This document shows positions 13,150-26,251 of a stretch of DNA of 64,000 nucleotides, piece by piece (within the stretch, counting starts at the first letter, position 1; the number at the start of each line of letters is the position of its first letter). The stretch covers positions 44,082,001 through 44,146,000 of the forward strand of contig NC_135820.1 in NCBI RefSeq assembly GCF_964213995.1, written 5' to 3'. The position numbers and the translations under genes are program-made. Source of the stretch: Mustelus asterias (Eukaryota). Under the pieces are notes generated by a model, which worked only from the letters and a program-made list of their open reading frames with translations, was not told the DNA's origin and did not search any database.

Positions 13150-13572
13150 CATCGCTTGATTGGCACCACATCCACAATCATCCATTCCCACCACCACCGA
13201 TGCTCAGTAGCAGCAGTGTATACTATCTACAAGATGCACTGCAGCAATTCACCAAAGATCCTTAGACAGCGCCTTCCAAACCTATGACCACTTCCATCTA
13301 GAAGGTCAAGGGCAGCAGATACATGGGAACACCACCTGCAAGTTCCCCTCCAAGCCACTCACCATCCTGACTTGGAAATATATCGCCATTCCTTCACAGT
13401 CGTTGGGTCGACATCCTGGAATTCCCTCCCTAACGGCATTGTGGGTCAACCCACAACACATGGACTGCAGCAATTCAAGAAGGCAGCTCACCACCACCTT
13501 CTCGAGGGCAACTAGAGATGGGCAATAAATGCTGGCCAGCCAGCGATGCCCATGTCCCACGAATGAATAAAT
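13150..13572 (+). mobile_element. 3' end of a CR1/L2-group LINE (family unassigned)
   Basis: Remnant SVAAVYTIYKMHCSNSPK; tail GGGCAATAAATGCTGGCC...GAATGAATAAA; related minus-strand pieces near 6055-7030, 7100-7400, 38555-38900 and 41005-41300. Confidence 0.75.
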
Positions 13573-13641
13573 TTTTAAAATGAATGATATTTAACTTTTT
13601 TCTGTTATTAACAATCACTTCTGGAGGCCTTGTTACCTACT

Positions 13642-13915
13642 GGGGCGGCACGGTGGCACAGTGGTTAGCACTGCTGCCTCACAGCGCTAGGGACCCAGGT
13701 CCGATTCCTGGGTCACTGTCTGTGTGGAGTTTGCACGTTCTCCCCGTATCTGTGTGGGTTTCCTCTGGGTGCTCCGGTTTCCTCCCACAGTCTGAAAGAT
13801 GTGCTGGTTAGGTGCATTAACCCGATAGGCACCAGAGTGTGGCGACTAGGGGAATTTCACAGTAATTTCATTGCAGTGTTAATGTAAGACTTATTTGTGA
13901 CTATAAATAAATATA
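13642..13915 (+). mobile_element. HE1-like V-SINE, tail type B
   Basis: Head, V-domain and type-B tail. Confidence 0.9.
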
Positions 13916-14168
13916 ATATATAAACTTCTGCAAGAATATCAACTGCCTGGAGTACATTTTAGAAATTCATGTACAGGTGCACAGGATCTTTTTCTGATTG
14001 TTTAAAGATAGAAAAATAGTTTTAAAAACATTTTAGACATCCATTCTGTTGACTAAGACTCCTTATCAAACAAAACATAAAATTGGAAATGTTGACTAAA
14101 CTACAAGCCCAAATCAAAAACCTGCTCGACATTAATAGTATCACTTATGTTATGGTACATCAGTTTGA

Positions 14169-14324
14169 GGTCCAACAGGTTTATTTGGTAGCAAAAGCCA
14201 CTAGCTTTCAGAGAGCTGCTCCTTTGTCAGGAGCAGCGCTCCGAAAGCTAGTGGCTTTTGCTGCCAAATAAACCTGTTGGACTTTAACCTGGTGTTGTGA
14301 GTCCAACACCGGCATCTCCACATC
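14169..14324 (+). mobile_element. Fold-back mini-insertion of a Penelope family-1 3' end
   Basis: Inverted arms 14170-14223 and 14230-14282; 12-bp TSD ACATCAGTTTGA at 14157-14168 and 14325-14336. Confidence 0.9.
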
Positions 14325-15016
14325 ACATCAGTTTGAATCATATTAATTGTTGAATATCAGAGGTCATTGTGAAGATGTTAAAGCTAAAAGTAGAAGTGAA
14401 GACTCAGGTTGTGATTATTCACTTTAGGTTTATAGTCTCTTGCTTTGGGTTATGGCAAAGTTCAAAGATAGTTAATGACTAAGGGATATCTTCCCTTGTA
14501 GAAGAGCAGACATCAGACACGTATAAATGCCAGACTGCAACTGATTAAAGGCACATAGTCAGTAATGCACTGATGAGCAATTCAAAACAGTTTCAAACAG
14601 TCCCCTTGTAGTCCAGTGGATGAAGGCATCCCATGGTGTGGTAGTGAGTCATAAAAACTAGGAAAATCCTACTTTCAGTTCCTGCTGTGTGTTGAGATGA
14701 TTGCTCTATAATTGGGATTGCAACAGGCCTCAGAACTTTTGGATTAGGCAGAAAGAATACATAATTAGCCCGCGTTGACATGCCTGAATGTTGGTCGGTA
14801 ACCCTTGCTGAAATGGGGACATTTTAACTGTCAGTGGATGTCCTGCAGGGAAACCGTTGGTCTCCATTAGTTTTGTGCCCACCTGCAGCATTATGCGGGC
14901 AGGGTGATTTTAAAGCCATCATAGCATGCCATTGATGCTCTTCTGAGCAAGACATAGATGGGAAGTGGCTGCTGATCTTCAGAACATTGAGCACCTCTGG
15001 GTGTTACAATAGGTGG

Positions 15017-15679
15017 AGTCATAGTCATAGAGGCTTACAGCATGGAAACAGGCCCTTCAGCCCAACTTGTCCATGCCGCCCTTTTTTTAAAAACACCTAA
15101 ACTAATCCCAATTGCCCGCATTTGGCCCACATCCCTCTATACCCATCGTACCCATGTAACTATCTAAATGCTTTTTAAAAGACAAAATTGTACCCGCCTC
15201 TACTACTACCTCTGGCAGCTTGTTCCAGACACTCACCACCCTCTGTGTGAAAAAATTGCCCCGCTGGACACTTTTGTATCTCTCCCCTCTCACCTTAAAC
15301 CTGTGCCCTCTAGTTTTAGACTCCCCTACCTTTGGGAAAAGATATTGACTAGCTAATCTGTGCCCCTCATTATTTTATAGACCTCTATAAGATCACTCCT
15401 CAGCCTCCTACACTCCAGAGAAAAAAGTCCCAGTCTATCCAGCCTCTCCTTATAACTCAATCCATCAAGTCCCAGTAGCATCCTAGTAAATATTTTCTGC
15501 ACTCTTTCTAGTTTAATAATATCCTTTCTATAATAGGGTGACCAGAATTGCACACAGTATTCCAAGTGTGGCCTTACCAATGTCTTGTACAACTTCAACA
15601 AAACACTCCAACTCCTGTATTCAATGTTCTGACCGATGAAACCAAGCATGCCGAATGCCTTCTTCACCACTCTGTCCAT
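15017..15679 (-). mobile_element. CR1 (HER1-like) LINE 3' fragment
   Basis: Same subfamily as 4331-5231; LVRPHLEYCVQFWSPYY. Confidence 0.92.
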
Positions 15680-16020
15680 TAAGTCCAGGGATCTTGCTGT
15701 GGCAAAGTGGGAATCGGAGGTGGTCTAGACTTGGGATACTCAACCTTTCCCTGAGAGTCCCAGAGGAGCAGTTATACTGTACTTGGATGGACTCTTCAGC
15801 TTTCCAATCCTCTGCTAGCCTTGACCTGTCCTTTCTGTTCTGGCCAAATCATCAAACCACAATTAGCATTTATGGGTGGATAATTTACCCAGAACATTTT
15901 AAGTGTCCACTGGATGGATAGTCTCAAACCCCCAACCCCATCTCTCACAAATGGATGATAAACAATGTAGAATCATGGTTCATCCATAGCGAGGATTGTT
16001 TCAGCTGGAGTTCAGATGAA

Positions 16021-17007
16021 TGAGGGGGGTTCTCATAGAGATTTATAAAATTCTAACAGGACTAGACAGGGTAGATGCAGGGAGGATATTTCCGATGGTG
16101 GGGTTGTCCAGAACCAGGGGTCACAGATTGAGGATACAGGGTAGATATTTAGGATGGAGATGAGGAGACATTTCTTCACCCAAAGAGTGGTGAGCCTGTG
16201 GAATTCATTGCCACAAGAAGTAGTTGATGCCAAAACATTGAATGTATTCAAGAGGTGGCTGGATATAGCACTTGGGGTGAACGGGAACAAAGGTTATGGG
16301 GAGAAAGCAGGATTAGGCTATTGAGTTGGATGATCAGCCATGATTGTAATGAATTATTGGTAGAGGGATTGAGTTTCGGAGCCAGAAGGTCATGCTGCAA
16401 CTGTACAAAACTCTGGTGTGGCCACACTTGGTACAGTTCTGGTTGCCGCATTAAAGGAAAGATGTGGAAGTGTTGGAAAGGGTGCAGAGGAGATTTACCA
16501 GGATGTTGCCTGGTATGGTGGGAAAATCGTATGAGGATAGGCTGAGGGACTTGAGGTTGTTTTCGTTAGAGAGAAGAATGTTAAGAGGTGACTTAATAGA
16601 GGCATACAAGATGATCAGAGGATTAGATAGGGTAGATAGTGAGAGCCTTTTTCCTCGGATGGTGATGGCTGACACGAGGGGATAAAGCTTTAAATTGAGG
16701 GGTGAGAGATATAGGACAGATGTTAGAGGTAGGTTCTTTACTCAGAGAGTAGTAAGGCGTGGAATGCCCTGCCTGCAGCAGTAGTGGACTCGTCAACATT
16801 AAGAGCATTCAAATGGTGATTGGATAAACATATGGATGATATTGGAATAGTGTAGATTAGAGGGGCTTTAGATTGGTTTCACTGGTCGGCGCAACATCGA
16901 GGGCCGAAGGGCCTGTACTGCGCTGTAATGTTCTATGTTCTATGAATGGCGGAGCAGGCTTGAAGGGCCAAATAGCCTCCTCCTGCTCCTAGCTTCTATG
17001 TTTCTAT
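16021..17007 (+). mobile_element. CR1 3' end containing a second CR1 inserted at 16355-16941
   Basis: Two CR1 tails; TSD ATGAAT at 16349-16354 and 16942-16947. Confidence 0.85.
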
Positions 17008-18027
17008 GAAAGTAAATATGCTGTCTGTCCTGCTGGTACAGTTATTTCCTCCCACCGTTTTGCAGTATGCTGAAACTCACAAGACTAATATTTCTACTTG
17101 ATGGCAAAAGATTAAAAGAAAAAAGCAAATTAAAAACAAGTGAACTGTTACGCAGCCGGTTGTTTCAACGTGACAGACAGCCCCATTCACAATCTATCAA
17201 TACAATCCTTTATGTGTTAAGGATGGCTGAAGACTGATCATCCAATGCTGTAAGATTATTTTACTACTTGCCCTCTTCTTTAGTTACCGAGACTTTACTG
17301 TTATGTTGGAATTGAACATTTATAGTAAGGACACTATTATACAGGCAGAAAAATAATTATTTCAGTTTGAGTTAACAACATTACAAATTTCAAATTTGAA
17401 AGAGTTGAATTAATTTAATTTGAGTCATATTTTTGGAAGATGGTGAGTATTTGATTCAGATCCATAGAGCCCCTTCATTGCCTGTAATGGGTGCCATTTG
17501 GAGTCTGATATGGGGCTGAATTTTCACTTTGCGGGTGGTGGGAAACAGGAGCCTGGACTGTTCCGAATCTCAAACCTGTCCTGGGAGGGCAGGATGGGGG
17601 GGAGGAATTAGCCACAGGTTGGTATTTAGAGTGGGGCACCCCCTTAATTGGCATGGAGATGGGTACCTAATTGAAGATGGTTAGCGGGCTCTTGAAGCTG
17701 GAAGGCTAATCAGACGCCTTCCAGCTTCATTGGAGTAGCTGGCTTCAATGACATGGTAGCTTTCGGTCGCACCCTCACACAAGCGTGCAGCTAGGGAAGG
17801 CCTGTTGACCTCCCTGGCTACTCGGCCTACTGATGAGTGCCTGCTTCCAGCAGTTAAACTGCTCATCTGGTTTCATCGCGGAAATGGAGGCCAACAGGAA
17901 AGCCTCCTGAATTTGCCTTTAACAATTAAAGCTCTTAACTCAAACTGCCTGAAGGAGGAATGCTACAGGAATTGTCAACGTCTTGCACAGGAATGGAGCC
18001 AAACCAAATGGACTTCCACCAACTTAT

Positions 18028-18388
18028 CATAGAATCACAGAATCCCTACAGTGCAGAAAGAAGCCATCCAGCCCATCCAGTCTGTACCAGTCTTTGAAAG
18101 AGCATCCCACACAGGCCCTCCCCTCCACTCTATTCCCATAACCCCACACATTTACCATGGCTAATCCACTTAATTTACACATCTTTGGAAACTAAGGGGC
18201 AATTAAGCATGGCCAATCCACCAAACCTAAACATCTTTGTACTGTGGGAGGAAACCGGAGCACCTGAAAGAAACCCATGCAGACATGGGGAGAACATGCA
18301 AACTCTACATAGACACTCACCCAAGCTGGTATCGAATCTGGGTCCCTGGCACTGTGAGGCAGCAGTGCCAACCACTGTGCCACTGTGT
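18028..18388 (-). mobile_element. HE1-like V-SINE, tail type A
   Basis: Similarity to the other copies. Confidence 0.9.
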
Positions 18389-18527
18389 CTATGTCCTTTT
18401 GAAATTCTACACTGTCCTCTTCACAGTACAATGCTTCCAAGTTTTGTATCAGCTGCACATTTTGAAATTGTTCCCTGTACACCAAGATCTAGCTCATTAA
18501 TACATATCAGGAAAATAATACATATCA

Positions 18528-18905
18528 GGGGCGGCACGGTAGCACAGTGGTTGGGGCAGCACGGTAGCACAGTGGTTAGCACTGCTGCTTCACAGCTCCA
18601 GGGACCTGGGTTCGATTCCCGGCTTGGGTCACTGTCTGTGTGGAGTTTGCACATTCTCCTCGTGTCTGCATGGGTTTCCTCCGGGTGCTCCGGTTTCCTC
18701 CCACAGTCCAAAGATGTGCGGGTTAGGTTGATTGGCCATGCTAAAATTGCCCCTTAGTGTCCTGAGATGCGTAGGTTAGAGGGATTAGTGGGTAAAATAT
18801 GTAGGGATATGGGGGTAGGGCCTGGGTGGGATTGTGGTCGGTACAGACTTGATGGGCCAAATGGCCTCTTTCTGTACTGTAGGGATTCTATGATTCTATG
18901 ATTCA
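18528..18905 (+). mobile_element. HE1-like V-SINE, tail type A, with duplicated 5' head
   Basis: GGGGCGGCACGGTAGCACAGTGGTT occurs twice in tandem (one mismatch). Confidence 0.93.
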
Positions 18906-19555
18906 AGGGTCCGAATACTAACCCCACCCCAGCCTTCTTCTGAAAAACATCCATTAACCATTAATCTCTCTTTCCTGTCACTCAGCTAATTTTGTATCCA
19001 TGTTGCTACTGTCACTTTTTTTCCATGAGCTACAACTTTTCTCACAAGTTTGTGGCTCTGCTGTTTGGAAGTCCATGTATACCACATGAACAGCAATGTC
19101 CTGACCAACCCACTCTGTTACCTCTTTGAAAAACTTCTGCAAGTTAGTTAAACACAATTTTCTCTTAAGAAATCCATGATGTCTCTGCTTAATTTGTACA
19201 TATGACTATTAATTCTGTTAGCTGCATCTCATCTGATTCTGGAGCCTTGTCAACTTGAAGTATAGACAGCTTATCCAAATACCCCCTCCTTATCAATTTT
19301 TAATCCTCCTACTGTCTGCATTAGCTTCTCTTTCTCCATGGCTTGGGTAGCAACTTCTCCCTTGGTAAAGACAGATGCAAGGGATTCATTTAATTCCTCA
19401 GCCATATTCCTGGCTTCCATGTGTAAATCCCCTTTTTGGTCCCTAATTAGGCCTACTCCTCCTTTTACCACTCTTTTTCTCTTTCTAAGACTTATGTTAG
19501 CTGCCAGTCTCTTTTCATGCACCCTCTCTATTTCTCTTACTTGCTTTTTCACATT
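18906..19555 (-). mobile_element. Degraded CR1 ORF2 fragments (continuing at 18389-18527)
   Basis: MAEELNESLASVFTK; ISKCAADTKLG. Confidence 0.75.
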
Positions 19556-19629
19556 AATGGGCATCCCAATTATGGCCAATCTCCATCCAGGGATCAGAAT
19601 ATGTAAATGTTCCTGTTCACCTTTAGTTA

Positions 19630-19830
19630 GCTGCTCCAGCTTTCTGGCAGTGACCTCCACTGCTATCTACTGTGGCCTTATGGATAATTGTTCCAATGCT
19701 TTCTGATCATGTGTCTGTCGGCTCCCTCTGGATCCAGATTACCTCTCCTCCTTTGCACTTGCTCCACCAAAGCTTTCAGCGCAGCATCTGAAAAACTTGG
19801 AGCCCATCCTCTTCCATGACTTCCCTAGGT
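19630..19830 (-). pseudogene. Myb/SANT-like ORF relic of a PIF/Harbinger transposon
   Basis: Minus strand reads APSFSDAALKALVEQVQRRRGNL...RKHW and, after a frameshift, IAVEVTA. Confidence 0.6.
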
Positions 19831-20881
19831 CAGGTTCAGCTCCAGCAGCACCTGCTCCAGCCACAACGCATCTCTGCTTCAAGCTGTGCAGGCTAGCGTT
19901 ATTCATGCTGGCCAGCTTTACGCTGTGCAGGCTTGCTTTAACTGGTCGAGTAAAACAGCAAGCTGCACCAAGTTGGTGTACTGTCTGTGTTGCAGTCAAT
20001 GGACATGGGTTAGGGACACATTGCAATTCCTGTGTCCACTTTTGAGGCCTATCAAATATAGTGCTCATGGTCGGTGTAATGTGTTATTATAGTGTTTCGT
20101 TGGGTTTCTATTTCCATTTGCAGGACGCTGTAAATAACCCAAGCTACGTAACAGCTGCCCTAATTCCTGTAGTCCAGTGACTCATTAAATTTAACTTGTA
20201 GTTTGGTGGTAAATAAAACAAATAAGTCCTGAATTTAAATTTGGGGAACAACATAATTAAACCAGAAACAAATATATAATGAAGGAAACAAAAGAGTTAA
20301 ATAATGGTGTATTGTGCAGCACTAGTGTTGATGGTAAAACTGAACAGGAAGTATGTACTTTCTATCCTGACATATGACAGTGAATATGAGCTGTCCAGAC
20401 CACTGATGTGTGGCTGACAAAGTCATGAGTGAGAGTCACAATTTTAAAACTCTTCATTTGTCATAATGCAAATCCACATTAAAAAAAAACATGCTGCAGT
20501 TTTTGTTTTATTTTTGGTAGAGACTTACGATCGTTTTTAGTTTCAGACTTTTGATTTTATCTCACTACATACTTCCTGGAACATAAATATGACTGAATTG
20601 AAAGGGAGAGCATTAAGAAAGGATTTAGAAGAAAACATATAGCTCTGACCTAATTAAAGTGTTCACCATTGTATCTGTCTAAGATTACTTCTTATAATCT
20701 AATTGACTGTATCAGGTCATGGACCTGGCAATCTTAAATGTGTCTTCTTACCTTGTGTAAAATTTACCAAAAACCCAAATGCAATGATATTAGTTACACT
20801 GTACAAATGGCCTGGTGTCATAGGAATGCTTATCACTATCGTGTAACAACACGTGATAGTTAGCTCTGCTTGCTTTTATCC

Positions 20882-21057
20882 CTCAGTCCAAAGATGTGTG
20901 GATTAGATTGATTGGCCATGCTAAATTAACCCTAGTGTCAGGGGGATTAGCAGGGTAAATATGAGGGATTACGGGAATAGGACCTGAGTGAGATTGTGAC
21001 CGGTGCAGACTCGATGGGCCGAATGGCCTCCTTCTGCATTGTAGATTCTATGATTCT
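20882..21057 (+). mobile_element. HE1-like SINE 3' half, tail type A
   Basis: GATTGGCCATGCTAAATT...ATTCTATGATTC. Confidence 0.8.
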
Positions 21058-21847
21058 CACCAATATTCAACTCTACTTCAAACATAACTAATTAACATAT
21101 TATACAGTATTGCTTGTGTTTAGTTTAAAAATAAATGAACTAGCTTTAAGGCATTCCTTTAAATAAAACAAAACGGATCCAAACAGGCGATCGATGACTG
21201 CCCTGGGATTATTTTTAGCCTGGGATATTGAATTTCATAATTTTAAACCTCTGTGTCAAACAAGCAGGAGTACCATTCTCCTTCCAGACATTTGTGTCTT
21301 CTACTGTGCAGCCATGCAAGTCATGAGACTGCTTGTTGTTCCTGGACACTAAACCATCTGACCAACTGAGCTAACATTACAGTTATGTCATGGGTGTATT
21401 TATGTGCTTGATTTGATGTTCAATGATTATGTTGCCTTGGTCAGAGGTCACAGATATTTACAAAAATGACTCTGGTTCAAGGTTGAACACCAGAAGACAT
21501 TAGAAGTAACTGGCAGGATCTAGTAATGAGTGGTTTCACATACGGAACCTAAAAGTAAAACCAGAGAGTGTAACTGCATTTTCAGGCATGCTGCATATAA
21601 AGACATAAACACAGCAGCATGTATCTTTCTGATATATTTTCTTTGAACTGTAATTAGAAGTCGAACTGCTTTTGGGATTTAGTTTAAGCAGGACTTTCCA
21701 TCATTTTCAAATGAGGTGATAAATATCTTCAATTTCTGTAAAATGATTTGTTTCTAACAATGAATGGGTGGTCCAGATAGTTTTCTTAAGGTGCAGAAAT
21801 TAAGACTTATGATTTGGTAAATCTTGCATATCTTCAATAGACATTGA

Positions 21848-21983
21848 GGCCGGAATCTCACCACTGTTCACGCCGGCGGTATTTTCCCATCTCGTTGCAG
21901 TGAACGAAGGTTTGGCTGGCCGCCATATTCTCCAACCTCGCTACAGTGGGAAGGTGGTGTGAACGGCAGGTAAGATCGCACCC
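21848..21983. mobile_element. Harbinger-like MITE
   Basis: Imperfect TIRs GGCCGGAATCTCACC / GGTAAGATCGCACCC; 3-bp TSD TGA. Confidence 0.6.
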
Positions 21984-22149
21984 TGAGTATTTCCTATTAA
22001 ATTCAAATTCCTAAAATTGCCTTGGATTCTTATACAGCTATTTAATTTCCAGAAATAATTGATAGCTAAGATCGCTGGGAGGTCGACAATGTTAAATACT
22101 TTAAACCCCAGGTGACACAGGCAAGCATTTGGCTGATGGAGCAACTATA

Positions 22150-22990
22150 GTCTTGAAGAGATGCTTCTCCTTTGGTGCCTCAGAATTGAGGATAATTTTA
22201 CTTCTATTCCAATTTGATAGGTTCTGAGTTTTAATTCTTCTAAAATGTATTTATTAGTGTCACAAATGGGCTTACATTGAGGGAGAATTTAGCATAGCCA
22301 ATGCACCTAACCAGCACATCTTTCGAATTGTGGGAGGAAACCGGAGCATCTGGAGGAAACTCACGCAGGCACAGGGAGAACATGCAGACTCCACACAGAG
22401 AGTGACACAAACTGGGAATCGAACCCGGATCCCTGGTGCTGTGAGGCAGCAGTGATAACCACTGTGCCACCATGCTGCTCTTAAGTCCAATGCATGATCT
22501 GCAGACTGTTCATATGTGGGGCACATATGTGGTGTTTGAAGAATTGAGTAGGTAGGTTTGGAGGTTTGTGCACTCCGTTGGACACCTCAACCTCACCTCT
22601 GCATATTCCTGACAATTCTCTTGATGTGTTCAGTGCCTTCCCAAATGTTCCTTCTCCATTTTGGTTGGTTGCAAGCCAGGATCTCCCATCAGTTGGCAGG
22701 TATGTTTGACCTCTTCACGATGCTTTGAAGACAACCTAAAGTTATTATCCTGTGAGTTCAGTATAGAGTAAGGTTTCAAGAGCTGGTTTTGATTGATTAA
22801 CACCTCTATGCCGGACATGTTGGTTTGGGAGAGGATGCTGCTGTTGGACAGTCTTTTTGGCACTGAATTTGGAGGATCTTGCAAATGCACCTTCTCCAGA
22901 GGTACTTCTTCCTTGCTTTATATATTGTCCATGTCTCCAAGCACATAACAGTGGGGATCACTGCTGCCTGGTAAACAATGACCTTGGATT
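22150..22990 (-). mobile_element. RTE-clade LINE 3' remnant interrupted by a SINE
   Basis: SNSSILSQTNMSGIEVLINQNQL and a C-terminal CPT...zinc-knuckle remnant. Confidence 0.65.
22245..22478 (-). mobile_element. HE1-like V-SINE, tail type B (internally deleted)
   Basis: Head, V-domain and GTGACACTAATAAA end. Confidence 0.85.
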
Positions 22991-23404
22991 TGAGATCCTA
23001 GTTCTCAAATACTCTTTTCCGCAGTCAGTCAAAGGCTGTGCTGGCACATATTGGAGGAAATGATGAATTTTGTCAGATGTTAATTTTAATGCTATATAGG
23101 CAGAATTCCGAGAGTAAAATCTAGTCTTTTGAGTGGCTAATTATAAAATCCATGTACTCTTTTATCATAAACTGAATCTGAATCACAGACAGCTATGTGT
23201 AGTGAAATGGGAGATGACTAGAGAACACTTGAAATTCTAAATATTCCTTATCTGATAATTTAAATCAAGGCAGAAATGTAAACAATACAGATATATTAAA
23301 ATGAATATTAAATGAAAACAAAATGCTTTTGAATGAATCAAAAACCAATTAAATTACTGCTGGTAATGATGGCGTCTACGCAATGAAACAGATTTCTTCA
23401 TGCA

Positions 23405-24366
23405 CCTTCCCTCAACCACTCTGCACTCCACTCCTTCTCCTTTAAGACACTGTGTAAAACCTAATTCTCAAGACTAAACCTTTGGCCACCTGTTCTAATG
23501 CAATAACAACATTAAGATACTTCATAGGGACCACATAAGGAGTTATTGGGTCTGATGATCAAAAACTTGGTCAATAATGTAGGTTTTAAGAAGTGCCTTA
23601 AAGGGGGAAAGCAAGGTAGAGAAGCTGGGAGACGTAGGGAGAGAATTTCAGAGCTTGGGGCCTATAGGCAACTGGAGGCACAGTCACTAATAGTGGAGCA
23701 TATTATAATTGGGAATGCTCATGAGGCTGGAATTAGAGGAGTGCAGATATCTTAGAGGATTGTGGAACTGGAACAGATTACAGAGTCATGGAGGGGATTT
23801 CAAAACAAGGATGAGAATTTTAAAATTAAAATACTCTTTGACCAGGAGCCAATGTAGGCCAGCGAGCACAGGGGTGATAGGAGATCAGAACTTGCTAGAA
23901 GTTGAGGTATGGGCAGCAAGGTTTTGGATGGCTTCAAGTTTACTGAGGGTAGGATGCGGGAGAACATCCAGGAGTGCATTGGAATAATTGAATCCCGAAA
24001 TGACAAAGACGTGGATGAGGGTTTCAGCAGCAGGTGAGCTCAGACAGGAGCAAAGCCGAGCGATGTTATGGAAATAGGCACTCTTAGTGATGGTGCGAAT
24101 ATGAGGTCGTAAGATCATCCAAGGATCAAATATGACAGCAAGGTTAAGAACAGACTGGTTTAATCTAAGACTGTTGCCAAGGAGAAGGATCTAGCTGGTA
24201 GCTAAGGAACAGAATTTTGAGTGCGCTCAAAAACAATGGCTTCGATCTTCCCAAAATTTAATATCTCCTTATGTAGTTTGGTATCAAATTTTGTTTGCTA
24301 ATGTCCATGTGAAACACCTCGGGACATTTTATGACATTTAAGTGCTATATAAATGTGAATTGTTGT
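23405..24366 (-). mobile_element. L2 LINE (minus, about 23500-24260) inserted in a plus-strand L2 3' end
   Basis: PHIRTITKSAYFHNIARL...AETLIHVFVISGFNYSNALL; host tail resumes near 24263. Confidence 0.75.
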
Positions 24367-24832
24367 GGCTTTATTAACACTGCCACTGCATTAAGTTCAA
24401 CATATATAGTATTGGGACAGTAATACAGCATCATGCAATATTGCTGTGTGTATCGCTGCAATTTAAGTCAACTCATGAGGCCTTATACCACACTGATGTT
24501 TCACTAGTCTCAAACACTTTCAGGGAATGTAATTAAACCTGATTCCAGTATAATGTGTGTAAATATCTGTATAATCTGTACCACGTCAACATGATTCACT
24601 TTTGGGTGGGAGGAGGAGTTGGTGAATTTATGTTCTGACAGGTTCTCCATGTTGCTAATGTAGACTATATCAATTTTGAAATTTCGCATGAGCTCGCAAT
24701 GAAAACACTTCTCGATCAAACCAATGATCTTTGTCTCCCACAAATCCATTATTTATGTTCCTTCAATCACTCAATGCGAGCATATTCAGAAATACATTGT
24801 ATATGTGGATAAATCCACTGTCACCCTCCCAC

Positions 24833-25085
24833 TTCTCACTGGGGAAGTACCACTGGAGAAAGTGCGTTCGCAAGATCCTCCAAATGCAGTGGCCAAAAAG
24901 ACCGTCCAACAGCAGCATCCTCTCCCAAACCAACATGTCTGGCATAGTGGTGTTAATCAATCAAAACCAGCTATTGAAACCTTACTCTACTCTGAACTTG
25001 CAGGAGAATAACTTTAGGTTGTCTTCAAACATCATGAAGAGCTACATATTCAGGCTACAGTATAGCAGGGTGACCTTTTTGACCT
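24833..25085 (+). mobile_element. RTE-clade LINE remnant
   Basis: RKILQMQWPKRPSNSSILSQTNMSGIVVLINQNQL; inverted homologue of about 22700-22915. Confidence 0.7.
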
Positions 25086-25494
25086 GTGTTCTCTTCAGCT
25101 TCATCCTAGTGGCTTGGCATTAGCTAATTTACTCAAAAATAGTTGGGCCCTCATTAATTAGCAAATGTGTTTGACTTCAAAGCCCAGCATTCTGCGATTA
25201 GCACACTTTACACACTTTGGCTTGTCCTACAGGTGTAGTGAGATGCTTGGATACGGTTTGACCTCTAATGCCAATATATGCAAATCAAGGCTTCCACCAT
25301 TCATACACCCACACGGAACAGCAATGAACATTTTTGTGAGCCAATTGGATTTCAAGTCCTAAAGAACAAGATTTAATTTACATCACAAATTATTCTGCAA
25401 TGATATCCTGTTTTCCCTAAACCATTTGGAGCAGATGAAACCACAAAGTTTCTCTACTGCCAGAACCCAGAAATGAATACAATGTACATCCTAC

Positions 25495-25639
25495 GAGATA
25501 AAAGCAAAATTCTGCGGACGCTGGAATCTGAAACTAAAACAGAAAATGCTGGAAAATCTCAGCAGGTCTGACAGCTTCTGTGGAGAGAGAATAGAGCCAA
25601 CGTTTCGAGTCTGGATGACCCTTCATCAAAGCTGAGCAA
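25495..25639 (-). mobile_element. Penelope-type 3' end (family 2) with hammerhead motif
   Basis: Minus strand agct-TTGATGA-a-gggtc/gactc-GAAA-cgtt-ggct at 25593-25633; flanking 9-bp repeat ACATCCTAC at 25486-25494 and 25640-25648. Confidence 0.8.
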
Positions 25640-26205
25640 ACATCCTACCAGAGTTTGAGCAAACATCCAACTACAGTTTGGTGTTGCATAGCATGACCAT
25701 CAGTTTATTGTCTCAAGTTAAACAAAGGTGACTCGGCATTGTATTTCACACCTGGCATAATGTGAAATATCTTTTACCGGAGGGAGAAAAAAAGGACCAA
25801 AACTTCACAAGTTAGAGTTAGTGGCGTTCATCTCAAACCAATTTCAATTTGGTCAAGGGCAAAGTATGAACCTTTCTTGCTTGTGCCTGTGTTCCTCTGC
25901 AGTTTGTCTTCCTTGCTGCTAACATGTAATTTTCCATTCTGAGTCACTGATTTATCCTTTGTTTCTTCTGTGATTGAATGTCACTGGGCAGCTAAAAAGA
26001 ACTGACTTCCCTGTTCTGAACTAAACTGGTATCATCTGGAAAACAATGGGTGGACTTTTTTAAACTGTGATCAGTCACCAGCGTTACACCCTGCAATTAG
26101 TTTGTCTGAGACTAAAAGTGCTTCCTTGCTCCCTTCAGCTCTTTTGTCATGATTATTTTGATTTCATTCAAATGTACCTAACATTGACTTTCAAGTTGCA
26201 CTTAC

Positions 26206-26251
26206 CTTTAATAAAATATGAAGCACTTTGGTGTTACAGGGTGATTGACAG
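26206..26251 (-). CDS. Candidate 46-nt coding exon (xCQSPCNTKVLHILLK)
   Basis: ctttatatttgtatcag acceptor, AAG/gtaagt donor, open phase 2-to-0 frame. Confidence 0.4.

Noticed and set aside
14296-14306. Missing ~23 nt ending in AG as evidence of a spliced copy
   Set aside because: The lost segment does not start with GT; AG microhomology explains the deletion.
24510-24749. DLWET peptide suggesting PKHD1
   Set aside because: Five-residue match only, with no splice support.
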